This document shows, one piece after another, positions 18,693 to 28,093 of a stretch of 56,007 nucleotides of DNA; the first letter of the stretch is position 1; each line of letters starts with the position of its first letter. The position numbers were made by a program, and so were the translations under genes. The stretch is from Alphaproteobacteria bacterium. GTDB taxonomy: Bacteria; Pseudomonadota; Alphaproteobacteria; CAAHEQ01; UBA3637. The stretch lies in assembly GCA_017533325.1 (NCBI GenBank), contig JAFXIF010000024.1:1-56007 (forward strand), given 5' to 3'. The notes beneath the pieces are model-generated. The model saw only the letters and a list, made by a program, of their open reading frames with translations. It ran no database searches and had not been told where the DNA came from.

Positions 18693-19142
18693 TTATATAT
18701 CTAAAACAAGCGCATGTTCATCGCAATTGTTTACTTTGGGGCAACTTAAACAATCGCCGAAAACCTTATAGGAAAGCGCTTGTCTGTCAACTTCTTGAAA
18801 TCCGCATTTGATAAAAAACGGCACTTGATACGTTAAGGTGAACACACGTTTAATATCCAAATATTTTGCTCTTTCAACCAAGTGAAGAACAAGTTGCTTA
18901 CCGATGCCTTTTCCTCTTTCATTTATATCAACGGCCAAAGAAGCAATTTCCGCTAAATCATTCCAAGCAATATTTAAACGGGCGCATCCTAAAATTTTTC
19001 CCTCTTCTTCATAAACAATATAAGCTTGAATGTCCTTATAAACTGCATAAGGTGATTTTGAAAGCATTAAGCCTTTGGATGCATTTTCATTGACGAGTTT
19101 TAAGATGCTTTCCGCATCTTTCATTGTGGCATTTCTAATCAT
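18693..19142 (-). CDS. GNAT-family N-acetyltransferase (resembles the ArgA-type amino-acid acetyltransferase domain)
   Basis: RGKGIGKQLV acetyl-CoA P-loop-like motif. 149 aa. AAGGAG Shine-Dalgarno site. Confidence 0.7.
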   Translation of the reverse strand: MIRNATMKDAESILKLVNENASKGLMLSKSPYAVYKDIQAYIVYEEEGKILGCARLNIAWNDLAEIASLAVDINERGKGIGKQLVLHLVERAKYLDIKRVFTLTYQVPFFIKCGFQEVDRQALSYKVFGDCLSCPKVNNCDEHALVLDI

Positions 19143-19258
19143 AAAAACTCCTTTTAACTATTTGAAATAGTTTAACATATTATTTATGGGAAATCAAATT
19201 GTTTTTTGCTTGAAAAAAGTTGAAAATCTATTGTATAAATAAGAAAAAGGAGGTCAAC

Positions 19259-19687
19259 ATGATTGAATTTCGAAAATCGTCCAGAGCGCTTGTATTAACA
19301 AAAGAAAATAAAATTTTGTTTATCAAACGAATTAAAATCGGGCAAGAACCATATTATGTGACCCCCGGAGGCGGAATTGAAGAAAACGAAAACTCGCTTG
19401 AGGCTTTGAAAAGAGAGCTTTTGGAGGAAACGGGGAGTCAAGTAGCTGAAATTTCTTTTTTGTTTCATTTAGATGATGTTGACATGCGTAACAGCGTTGA
19501 TTTTTATATTGCAAAAGAAGTTTCCAGAGGAATACCAAGCGGTTCTGAATGGGTGCTTTCAAATGAACAAAATAAATATGAGCTTTATGAAGCCTCAATT
19601 GAAGAATTAGATAAGATGAATATAAAACCTAAAATTGTCAAAAAAGCATTAATTAATGCTCTTAAAAAAGAGCTAGGGGCAAAATGA
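19259..19687 (+). CDS. NUDIX hydrolase
   Basis: Nudix box GGGIEENENSLEALKRELLEETG. The start was set at the ATG with an AGGAGG Shine-Dalgarno site. Confidence 0.85.
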   Translation: MIEFRKSSRALVLTKENKILFIKRIKIGQEPYYVTPGGGIEENENSLEALKRELLEETGSQVAEISFLFHLDDVDMRNSVDFYIAKEVSRGIPSGSEWVLSNEQNKYELYEASIEELDKMNIKPKIVKKALINALKKELGAK

Positions 19688-20679
19688 GAGTGTTGCGGAT
19701 AAAAATTTTTATTATTTTTATAACACTTATTTTTGCAGGATTAACACATATTAAGTGTCAACTTTTTTTGTTTAATATTGTTTCTGACTTATATGAAAAA
19801 AATTTGATTCAGCCAAGTATTCCAAAAAAAATTCATTATGTTTGGGTGGGTGGACCCGTTCCCGAAAATATTCAAAAAAATATAAAAGACTGGCAAAAAA
19901 AGATGCCGGATTATCAAATCAAAAGATGGGATGAAAGAAATTGTAATGTGAATGATAATCCTTTTGTTCGAGAAGCTTATCAAAAAAAAGAATGGCGTTT
20001 TGTATCTGATTGGTGTCGCCTGAAAGCTCTTGATAAAGAAGGCGGAATATATTTGGATACGGATATGAAAATCAATCGGTCGTTTGTTTCATTATTGACT
20101 GAAGATTTGGTTTTAACGAATGAAAGAAAGGGTCGTTTATCTGCCGGTATTATCGGTGTTGTAAAAGATCATCCTTTCATTAAGAAAATTATAGATTATT
20201 ACCGTGCTCAAACAAAATTTAGAGATATTCCGTCTCCTCAAATTTGGACAGATATTTTTTTGGAAACAAAAGAAACGCTAACATCTTATAAAATTTACCC
20301 TTCAAATGTTTTGATGTTTAATTTTAAAGGAGGGGAAAATAGAGCCGAACATTTATATAATAACGGATCAATGGATAATAATACTTGCTCATATTGGAAT
20401 GTTTTCTTTCAAAAAAGATTTCTTAGCGAATATGGGATTTGTTTAAAGAATTGCCACAATAAAATTCAGTTTAAAGAATTTTTAATTCCGTTACGATTAA
20501 AAAGATATTATACAGTCAAGCAAAATAAAAACGGATGTTTTGAAGCAACAAACAATAAAGGTCTTTTTACACAAACAGAAAAAATGGATTCTTTTTATTT
20601 TTTGACAATTAAAAACACCTTGAATCAACAAGAAAAATTTGTCTGTTTGAAAAACGCTTGTGTGCCATACATAAAATAA
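19684..20679 (+). CDS. Membrane-anchored DXD glycosyltransferase (Gly_transf_sug / OCH1 / TcdA-TcdB-like sugar-binding region)
   Basis: IPKKIHYVWVGG, then RLKALDKEGGIYLDTDM (DXD). N-terminal transmembrane helix. ATGA overlap with the Nudix gene. Confidence 0.7.
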   Translation: MRVLRIKIFIIFITLIFAGLTHIKCQLFLFNIVSDLYEKNLIQPSIPKKIHYVWVGGPVPENIQKNIKDWQKKMPDYQIKRWDERNCNVNDNPFVREAYQKKEWRFVSDWCRLKALDKEGGIYLDTDMKINRSFVSLLTEDLVLTNERKGRLSAGIIGVVKDHPFIKKIIDYYRAQTKFRDIPSPQIWTDIFLETKETLTSYKIYPSNVLMFNFKGGENRAEHLYNNGSMDNNTCSYWNVFFQKRFLSEYGICLKNCHNKIQFKEFLIPLRLKRYYTVKQNKNGCFEATNNKGLFTQTEKMDSFYFLTIKNTLNQQEKFVCLKNACVPYIK

Positions 20680-20739
20680 GTCTTGCTTTTTTTTCTTGTC
20701 TTTCTCATAATGATAACATTAATCAGAAAGGGTGGATAA

Positions 20740-21174
20740 ATGACAACTTATTATATTGTTTCCGGTGGTTTTGATCCTTTGCATGAAGGTCATATTGCCA
20801 TGATTAAAGAGGCGGCTGAAAATTCAGACGGTGTTATTTTATTGTTGAATTCAGATGACTGGTTGGTCAGAAAAAAAGGCAAAAACTTTATGAATTTCAA
20901 GACAAGAGCTGCTGTTTGCGGATATCTTAAAAATGTGATTGATGTTATCGGATTTGATGATAGCGATAATTCCGCTTCTGATGGGATCAGAAAAGCAAGA
21001 GAAAAGTATCCGGATGCCATGCTTGTTTTTGCTAATGGCGGGGACAGAACAAAAGAAAATATTCCGGAAGAATCTGTTTGTAATGAGTTGGATGTCGCCC
21101 TTTGTTTTGGCGTTGGCGGTAACAATAAAGCAAACTCTTCTTCATGGATTTTAAATAATTGGAGAAAAGAGTAA
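20740..21174 (+). CDS. Cytidylyltransferase-fold nucleotidyltransferase, RfaE-domain-II/HldC-like
   Basis: GGFDPLHEGH (HxGH) motif, NSDDWLVRKKGK and an ...ANGGDR.. layout as in heptose-1-phosphate adenylyltransferases. 144 aa. Confidence 0.65.
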   Translation: MTTYYIVSGGFDPLHEGHIAMIKEAAENSDGVILLLNSDDWLVRKKGKNFMNFKTRAAVCGYLKNVIDVIGFDDSDNSASDGIRKAREKYPDAMLVFANGGDRTKENIPEESVCNELDVALCFGVGGNNKANSSSWILNNWRKE

Positions 21175-21894
21175 ATGACTCTTTTTCTATTTGATTTAGA
21201 TGGCACTTTAACACCTCCAAGATTAAAGATGACAAAAGAATTTGAAGATTTTTTTGTTTCTTGGGCTAAGAATAAAAAGAGTTTTATTGTTACGGGATCT
21301 GATTTTAAAAAAGTTACAGAACAACTTTCTTTAGAAGTCATGAATGTTTTTGAAGGTATTTATTGCTCCATGGGAAATGTGTTGTGGCAAAAGGGACGTT
21401 TTGTTTATAAAAATGAATTTAAAGCAGATGAAAAGCTTTTAAAAATGCTTGAAAATTATCGCGCTTCAACCTCATACCCTTATCAGCTATTTGATAATTA
21501 TATTGAAAAAAGAGACGGAATGATTAATTTTTCTGTTTTAGGGCGAGATTGTCCTTATGAGGAGAGAATAAAATATTTTGAGTTTGATAAAGAACATTGT
21601 GAGCGCGAAAAAATTAAAAACGAATTAAGTGAAACTTTTAAAGAATATGATATTTCCATTGGCGGAATGATTTCAATGGATATCACGCCGAAAGGCTATG
21701 GGAAAGAACAAGTTGCCGAGAAGTTACGCGCAAAATTTCCGGCTGAAAAAATTATTTTTTTCGGGGATAAAACCTTTGAAGGCGGTAACGATTATACGTT
21801 GGCGCAAGCTGTTTTAAAATCGGGAAATTCAAGCGTTGTTCAAGTCAGCGGGCCTGATGTAACAAAAGAATTTTTATTAACAAACGGAGATTGA
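21175..21894 (+). CDS. Eukaryotic-type (HAD family) phosphomannomutase
   Basis: [47 protein letters not shown] and [12 protein letters not shown] are collinear with the PMM1/PMM2/Sec53 family. Confidence 0.85.
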   Translation: MTLFLFDLDGTLTPPRLKMTKEFEDFFVSWAKNKKSFIVTGSDFKKVTEQLSLEVMNVFEGIYCSMGNVLWQKGRFVYKNEFKADEKLLKMLENYRASTSYPYQLFDNYIEKRDGMINFSVLGRDCPYEERIKYFEFDKEHCEREKIKNELSETFKEYDISIGGMISMDITPKGYGKEQVAEKLRAKFPAEKIIFFGDKTFEGGNDYTLAQAVLKSGNSSVVQVSGPDVTKEFLLTNGD

Positions 21895-21895
21895 T

Positions 21896-22984
21896 ATGAA
21901 AAAAGCACTTATCACCGGTATAACAGGTCAAGATGGTTCTTATTTGGCAGAACTTCTTTTGGAAAAAGGATATGAAGTTCATGGCATTAAAAGGCGATCC
22001 TCCTCTTTTAACACAGCACGTATCGACCATATTTATGAAGATTTCCATAAAGAAGATGCACGTTTCTTTTTGCATTACGGCGATATGACAGATACTTTGA
22101 GTCTTATTCATATTATTCAAAAAATCGAACCGGATGAAATTTATAATTTGGCAGCCCAAAGTCATGTGAAAGTTTCATGGGATTGCCCCGAATACACAGC
22201 AGACACAGACGCTATGGGCACGTTGCGATTGCTTGAAGCATTGCGCGTTTTGGGGGTTGATAAAAAAACAAAATTTTATCAGGCTTCCACATCGGAATTG
22301 TATGGAAAAATACAAGAAAAAATGCAAAATGAAAAAACACCTTTTTATCCGCGTTCTCCTTACGGTGTTGCCAAACTTTACGGCTATTGGATTACTGTGA
22401 ATTATCGCGAAAGCTTTGGAATGTTTGCGTCTAACGGCATTTTGTTTAACCATGAAAGTCCCAGAAGAGGGGAAACGTTTGTCACCCGAAAAATCACAAT
22501 GGGCGCCGCAAAAATTAAAGTTGGCTTGCAAGATAAACTTTATCTCGGCAATTTGAATGCAAAACGAGATTGGGGACATGCCAAAGATTATGTTGAAGGG
22601 ATGTGGCGCATTTTACAACACGACAAACCGGATGATTTTGTTTTGGCAACAGGTAAAACTACATCCATCAGAGATTTTGTTAAAATGAGTTTTAAACAAC
22701 TTGATATGGATATTGTTTTTAAAGGGAAAGGTGTTGATGAAAAGGGTATTGATAAAAAAACCGGAAAAGTTGTTGTCGAAGTTGATCCGCGATATTTTCG
22801 CCCTGCCGAAGTTGACGTTTTGTTGGGAGATGCTTCAAAAGCAAAAAAACTTTTGAAATGGAAACCGAAAACAAATCTTGAAACTCTTGTTAAAGAGATG
22901 GTAGAGAACGATTTTGAGTTGGCCCAAAAAGAAAAACTTTTAAAAGATAACGGTTATCGCATCACGGCAAGTGCGGAGGAATAA
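21896..22984 (+). CDS. gmd: GDP-mannose 4,6-dehydratase
   Basis: [42 protein letters not shown]. Confidence 0.95.
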   Translation: MKKALITGITGQDGSYLAELLLEKGYEVHGIKRRSSSFNTARIDHIYEDFHKEDARFFLHYGDMTDTLSLIHIIQKIEPDEIYNLAAQSHVKVSWDCPEYTADTDAMGTLRLLEALRVLGVDKKTKFYQASTSELYGKIQEKMQNEKTPFYPRSPYGVAKLYGYWITVNYRESFGMFASNGILFNHESPRRGETFVTRKITMGAAKIKVGLQDKLYLGNLNAKRDWGHAKDYVEGMWRILQHDKPDDFVLATGKTTSIRDFVKMSFKQLDMDIVFKGKGVDEKGIDKKTGKVVVEVDPRYFRPAEVDVLLGDASKAKKLLKWKPKTNLETLVKEMVENDFELAQKEKLLKDNGYRITASAEE

Positions 22985-22985
22985 G

Positions 22986-24041
22986 ATGGAAAAACAGGCA
23001 AAAATTTATGTGGCAGGTCATAACGGATTGGTGGGTTCTGCCATTTTACGGCGCCTTCAAAAAGAAGGATTTACAAACATTATCACTCGTTCACATCAAG
23101 AATTAGATCTAACTAATCAAGCTGAAACGATGGCGTTTTTTGAAAAAGAAAAACCAGATTATGTTTTTTTGGCGGCCGCAAAGGTCGGTGGTATTTTAGC
23201 AAATAAAACGTATCCGGCTGAGTTTATTTATATTAATTTAATGATTGCAACAAATGTTATTCATGCAAGTTTTAAAACAAAAGTAAAAAAACTTTTAAAT
23301 TTGGGCTCTTCTTGTATTTATCCTCGTCTTGCGCCTCAGCCGATGAAAGAAGAAAGTTTATTAACGGGCGCATTAGAGGAAACAAATGAAGCTTATGCTT
23401 TGGCAAAAATTGCAGCCATTAAACTTTGCAAATATTATAATGAACAGTATCAAACGAATTTTATTTCCGTTATGCCGACAAATCAATATGGTATCGGAGA
23501 TAATTTTAACATGGAAACGGCTCACTTATTGCCAATGATTATGCGCCGATTTCATTTAGCAAAACTTCTTTCTTTAAGAGATTTTGAATCAATTAAAAAA
23601 GATTTAAAACGATATAAATTGGGGTGGGGTTTAGATGAAACGCTTGATTTTGAAAATAATGAGGCGATTGAAAAAACGTTAAACCAAATTGGGGCATTTA
23701 AAGATAAAGTTGTTTTATGGGGAGATGGGTCTGTTTATCGGGAATTAATGTGCTCAGATGATTTGGCGGATGCTTGTGTTTATTTGATGCAACATAAAGA
23801 TTATAAAGAAATTGGAGAGCATGTGAATATCACAACCGGTGATGATATTTTGTTAAGAGATTTGTTTGAAATTGTGAAAGAAACGGTTGGGTTTAAAGGG
23901 GATATTGTATATGATGCTTCTAAACCAAACGGAACACCAAGAAAAATGATGGATGCAACTAAAATTAAATCGCTTGGTTGGGAAGCAAAAATATCATTAG
24001 GACAAGGTCTTAAAGATTTTTATCAGTGGTATTGTGAATAA
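22986..24041 (+). CDS. fcl: GDP-L-fucose synthase (GDP-4-keto-6-deoxymannose 3,5-epimerase/4-reductase)
   Basis: IYVAGHNGLVGSAI, YALAKI, DASKPNGTPRKMMD. The start was set at the ATG with a GGAGG Shine-Dalgarno site. The protein is longer than the ~320-aa enzymes I recall, and an extra segment seems to follow RRFHLAK. Confidence 0.9.
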   Translation: MEKQAKIYVAGHNGLVGSAILRRLQKEGFTNIITRSHQELDLTNQAETMAFFEKEKPDYVFLAAAKVGGILANKTYPAEFIYINLMIATNVIHASFKTKVKKLLNLGSSCIYPRLAPQPMKEESLLTGALEETNEAYALAKIAAIKLCKYYNEQYQTNFISVMPTNQYGIGDNFNMETAHLLPMIMRRFHLAKLLSLRDFESIKKDLKRYKLGWGLDETLDFENNEAIEKTLNQIGAFKDKVVLWGDGSVYRELMCSDDLADACVYLMQHKDYKEIGEHVNITTGDDILLRDLFEIVKETVGFKGDIVYDASKPNGTPRKMMDATKIKSLGWEAKISLGQGLKDFYQWYCE

Positions 24042-24070
24042 AAAAAAGAGGCTTTGAAGCCTCTTTTTTT
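24040..24070. terminator. Bidirectional intrinsic terminator between fcl and fabD
   Basis: Hairpin agaggct-ttga-agcctct flanked by an A7 run and a T6 run. Confidence 0.75.
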
Positions 24071-24075
24071 GATGG

Positions 24076-25020
24076 TTAAAAGAAACTCAAGGCTTGTTCA
24101 ACTTGATCTTTACTGCCGATATTTAATAATCTTGCATCCGGAGCAATACGCTTGATAAGACCGGTTAAAACTTTTCCGTTACCGCATTCAACAAAATCAG
24201 TTACGCCTTTCATTTGCATATAAGACACAGATTCTGTCCAACGAACGGAACCGGTTACTTGTGCAACCAACAATTCTTTAATTTTATCAGCATTTGTTTC
24301 TGCTTCGGCGGTTACATTTGAAATTACGGGGATTATTGGGCTCACAATGTTTGTATGACTTAATTCATCTTTCATTTTTAAGGCTGCTTCTTGCATTAAT
24401 GGGGAATGAAATCCGCCTGAAACAGGTAAAATAACGCATTTTTTTGCGCCCAGTTCAGTTGCAATGGGGCCGGCTTTTTCAATTGCTTCTTTATGCCCGC
24501 TGATAACAATTTGGCCTTGACAATTATCATTGGCAATAAAGCATTTAAATTGGTCATCACTTGCTTGTTTTACCAGATCATTGACTTGTGGTAAAGAAAG
24601 CCCTAAAACAGCGGCCATGGCCCCCGGATTTTTTAAAGCGGCTTCTTGCATATATTCGCCTCTTGCCTTTAAAAGTTTCGCCGTATCATAAAGGCTTAAA
24701 GCTTTGGCGGTACAAAGAGCTGCATATTCCCCTAAAGAGTGACCTGCAACAAAAGAAGCTAATTCATTTATAGATTTGCCGGTTTCTTTTTCAACGACTC
24801 TTAAAGCTGCAATAGATGTAGCCATGATAGCCGGTTGAGCATTTGTTGTTTTGGTTAATTCAGCCATGTCACCTTCAAACATCAAGGAGGAAAGCTTAAA
24901 AGAAACAGCCTCGTCCACTTCCTCAAAAACCTCTTTAGCCGTGTTGAAGTTTTCATATAATTCTTTTCCCATTCCGATAGATTGGGAACCTTGTCCCGGA
25001 AAAACAAATGCAAGTGTCAT
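24076..25020 (-). CDS. fabD: Malonyl-CoA:ACP transacylase
   Basis: FPGQGSQ, GHSLGEYAAL, HSPLM motifs. 314 aa. Confidence 0.95.
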   Translation of the reverse strand: MTLAFVFPGQGSQSIGMGKELYENFNTAKEVFEEVDEAVSFKLSSLMFEGDMAELTKTTNAQPAIMATSIAALRVVEKETGKSINELASFVAGHSLGEYAALCTAKALSLYDTAKLLKARGEYMQEAALKNPGAMAAVLGLSLPQVNDLVKQASDDQFKCFIANDNCQGQIVISGHKEAIEKAGPIATELGAKKCVILPVSGGFHSPLMQEAALKMKDELSHTNIVSPIIPVISNVTAEAETNADKIKELLVAQVTGSVRWTESVSYMQMKGVTDFVECGNGKVLTGLIKRIAPDARLLNIGSKDQVEQALSFF

Positions 25021-25152
25021 ATTTTATCCTTTCTTATAGGGGCCATAAAAAAGCCCTAGGTTAATTAATTTTTTTCGATTATACACATTTTAAAATAAAA
25101 AGAAAGAGTTATTTTCTTGTAATTTTGTTTTAAATTCTTTATACTAAAATGT

Positions 25153-26729
25153 ATGAGTTTAATGAAATCAATTATCAGCGTTGCTTTTGGAACAAGTTTA
25201 AGCCGCATTGTCGGATTTATCAGGGATATTCTGATTGCTAAATTTTTGGGCGCCAGTATGATGGCGGATGCTTTTTTTGTGGCATTAAGATTTCCGAATT
25301 TATTTCGCTCTTTGTTTGCTGAAGGAACGCTAAATGTTGCTTTTGTTCCGATTTTATCCGGTATTATGCATTCACAAGGCGAAAAAAAAGCAAGAGTTTT
25401 TGCTCGCAATGTTTTTAGCTTTTTATTTTATGTTTTGTTGATTTTTACAGTCTTAGTTGAAATTTTTATGCCGGACTTTATGTTTGTTTTAGCGCCGGGA
25501 TTTGATGAAATTGAAGGCAAACTTGCCCTGACAACACATTTAAGCCGAATAACATTTCCATTTTTGATTTTTGTTTCCTTGGTTTCGCTTTTAGCGGGAA
25601 TGCTTAATGCAAAAGAAAAATTTTGGGCGGCTGCTTTTACACCAACGATTTTAAATTTAACAATGATAGCGTCTTTATTTGCTATCCGCCCGTTTTTAAA
25701 CACGCCGTATGCACCGGCTTATGCTCTTTCAATCGGTGTATTATTGGCGGGGGTGATAGAGTTTATTTTCCTTTTTTGGCATCTTAAAAAAGCAGATTTC
25801 TTGATTGGACTTGTTTCGCCGATTAAGGCTCTTTTTCATTTATCCAAAGAGGTAAAAACTTTGTTAAAAAAAATGGCTCCCGGTGTGTTAGGGTCCGGTG
25901 TTTATCAAATCAATTTATTTTTTGATACTTTTTTGGTTTCATTTGTTGGTGCCGGTGCTATTTCTTGGTTGAATTACGCGCACCACCTGTTTCAATTGCC
26001 GGTTGGGATTATCGGAACGGCAATCGGAACGGCGTTGTTGCCATTGCTTTCAAAACACATTAAAGCAAAAGAGCTTGAAAAGGCAAATATACAGGTTAGT
26101 CGGGCGCTTGAATTATCTGTTGCCATGTCAACGGCTTCAATGGCCGGGTTAATGTTGTTAAGCGAACCGATTGTAAGGATTTTATTTGAACGCGGATTGT
26201 TCTCTTTTCCGATTCGGTTCATACAGCTTGGGCTTTGATTGTTTTTTCAATCGGATTGCCGGCTTATATGTTAACCAAAACACTTTCTCCGTTTTTCTTT
26301 GCAAAAGGGGACACAAAATCACCCGTTCAAATTGCCGTTTTTGGGGTATTTTTAAATGCTTTATTAGCCATTATTTTAATGCAATTTATGGGATATTTGG
26401 GGATTGCTCTTGCAACAGGCATAACTGTTTGGATTAATGCCGGACAATATATTATTCGGCTTTATAAACAAGGCGAATTCAAAATTGACGCACTTTGCAA
26501 ATTCAGATTGCCCCGCATTTTGCTTTCAACCTTATTAATGAGTCTTTTTGTTTTCGGATTAAAAACTTTGTTTAATCATTGTTTTAACGGTTGGCAAAAT
26601 GAGGCCTCTTTGTTGTCTGTTTCATTATTAGGGATATTGATTTGTTTTGCATTGATTGTTTTCTTTGGATTTATTATTCTTTTAAAAGGCATATTAATCA
26701 GTGATATTAAAAAGCTTATAAAAAGATAA
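25153..26729 (+). pseudogene. murJ: Lipid II flippase MurJ (MviN), reading frame broken by a 1-nt deficit in a T-run at 26205-26208
   Basis: The two track ORFs (25153-26238 and 26235-26729) together make one MurJ-length protein. Adding one T gives ...FERGLFSFSDSVHTAWALIVFSIGLPAYML..FAKGDTKSPV, which matches the MurJ consensus. Confidence 0.8.
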
Positions 26730-26750
26730 GATAAAAAAGGGGGATAAACT

Positions 26751-27674
26751 TTGAAAAAATATATTTTATTGACAGGGGTTGGTTTGATAATTTTTTCCGG
26801 ATTGGGATATATGGCCGGCTCATTAAAATATTTAAAAAAAGAACCTGTTCAAATTGTTGCGCAAAAAAAAGAAGAAATTAAAAAAATTGATTATGATCTT
26901 TCTTTATTAATAGATAAAACCAAAGAAGATATTGATGGAAGATATATTGAGTCCATTGATATGAATGGGTTAAAAGACCTTTATAAAGATATGAAAGCAG
27001 AAAGCATTCCTTATGTTTTTGTTGAAAAAATACCGGAAGATTTTAAGGTTGAAAAAGTATCAGATAAAACACTTTTTATGAAATTGATGACGCCGCAGCT
27101 TTTACGCGCGAATGAAAAAATTATGCGTGAAAGAAAAGTTGTTTTAATTTTGGAAGAAAAAATAAAAAATAAGAATGAACTGACCCAAAAGGAAGAAGAT
27201 TTTTTTAAATTTTTAGTTGAAAAATATGATGTGGTCCATCTTAAAAGTCGAACCGCGCAAATAAAAGAATTGGTTCTTCGGGTAGATGTAATCCCTGTTT
27301 CACTTAGTCTGGCAGTTGCAATTTGGTCAACAAACTGGGGGCAAAGAGAAAGGCAATCTCCTTTTTTTGAGCATGCTTGGGATGAAAATGTTCAATACAA
27401 GCCAATAAAATTTGAAAAACTTTCTGACGCGGTTGAAAGTTTTGCGCTTCAGCTGAATTCAAGATCTCAACTTTCTCAAATCAGGGCAACTCGAGCGCAT
27501 TTCAGATTGTTTAAAAACAATCCGACATTTGGGCAAGATCTTGTTTATGGGATTCGAAATTATGCCCATTTTATTCCCTCTTTTATGGATCAGATTATGC
27601 TTGTTTATTCATTGGGATATATTAAAGAAACAGATGATGCTTGTTTTGTGAAGGGTTGTGAACTGACAAAATGA
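26751..27674 (+). CDS. Bax-like / glucosaminidase-domain-related protein with N-terminal membrane anchor
   Basis: TTG start with a GGGGG Shine-Dalgarno site. The C-terminal block AIWSTNWGQ...FEHAW...LNS loosely resembles the Bax/FlgJ glucosaminidase region, with a degenerate catalytic segment. Confidence 0.4.
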   Translation: MKKYILLTGVGLIIFSGLGYMAGSLKYLKKEPVQIVAQKKEEIKKIDYDLSLLIDKTKEDIDGRYIESIDMNGLKDLYKDMKAESIPYVFVEKIPEDFKVEKVSDKTLFMKLMTPQLLRANEKIMRERKVVLILEEKIKNKNELTQKEEDFFKFLVEKYDVVHLKSRTAQIKELVLRVDVIPVSLSLAVAIWSTNWGQRERQSPFFEHAWDENVQYKPIKFEKLSDAVESFALQLNSRSQLSQIRATRAHFRLFKNNPTFGQDLVYGIRNYAHFIPSFMDQIMLVYSLGYIKETDDACFVKGCELTK

Positions 27675-28087
27675 AACGCTTAATTTTCTTTTTTAGCCTT
27701 TTCTTTTCATTAACTGCTTTTTCAAGTGAACTTGTTATTCAAACAAAAGAAAAGACCTATGTTTATCAAACAGATATAGCTGACACGCCTTATAAACAAC
27801 AATTAGGGTTAATGTTTCAAAGAGAGTTGCCGGATAATTATGGGATGACATTTTTGTTTGATAGGCCACTTGTTTTAAAAATGTGGATGAAAAACACATA
27901 TCTTTCTCTTGATATGATTTTTTTTGATGAAAATGGTGTGATTACACATATTCATAAAAATGCCGAACCGTTTAGTGAAAAATTAATTTCCTCTCAGGGA
28001 CCTGCTAAAGGGGTTATTGAAGTTATTGCCGGAACGGCAGATGAAAAAAATATTCAAATCGGCGATAAGATTAAAGTTATTCCTTAA
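27671..28087 (+). CDS. DUF192-family secreted protein
   Basis: Signal peptide, then GLMFQREL...GMTFLF....WMKNTYLSLDMIFFDENG...P, typical of DUF192 (COG1430). ATGA overlap with the upstream gene. Confidence 0.7.
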   Translation: MKRLIFFFSLFFSLTAFSSELVIQTKEKTYVYQTDIADTPYKQQLGLMFQRELPDNYGMTFLFDRPLVLKMWMKNTYLSLDMIFFDENGVITHIHKNAEPFSEKLISSQGPAKGVIEVIAGTADEKNIQIGDKIKVIP

Positions 28088-28093
28088 CTTATT

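Noticed and set aside
19800-20000. A7-A8 homopolymers inside the DXD glycosyltransferase gene, considered as phase-variation tracts
   Set aside because: A/T runs of this length are common throughout this AT-rich window, in coding and non-coding DNA alike. The gene is in frame, and nothing singles these runs out.
20790-21341. 183-aa minus-strand ORF overlapping the nucleotidyltransferase and PMM genes
   Set aside because: It is antisense to two genes with clear family motifs, and has no ribosome-binding site or motif of its own.
25065-25409. 114-aa minus-strand ORF across the fabD/murJ intergenic region and the murJ start
   Set aside because: It overlaps the well-supported murJ N-terminus on the opposite strand. 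It has no Shine-Dalgarno site and shows the composition of an antisense artefact.
26197-26212. Programmed -1 ribosomal frameshift as an explanation for the murJ frame break
   Set aside because: There is no X_XXY_YYZ slippery heptamer in the zero frame (…ttc tct ttt ccg…) and no obvious downstream stimulatory structure. A 1-nt homopolymer deficit is the simpler explanation.
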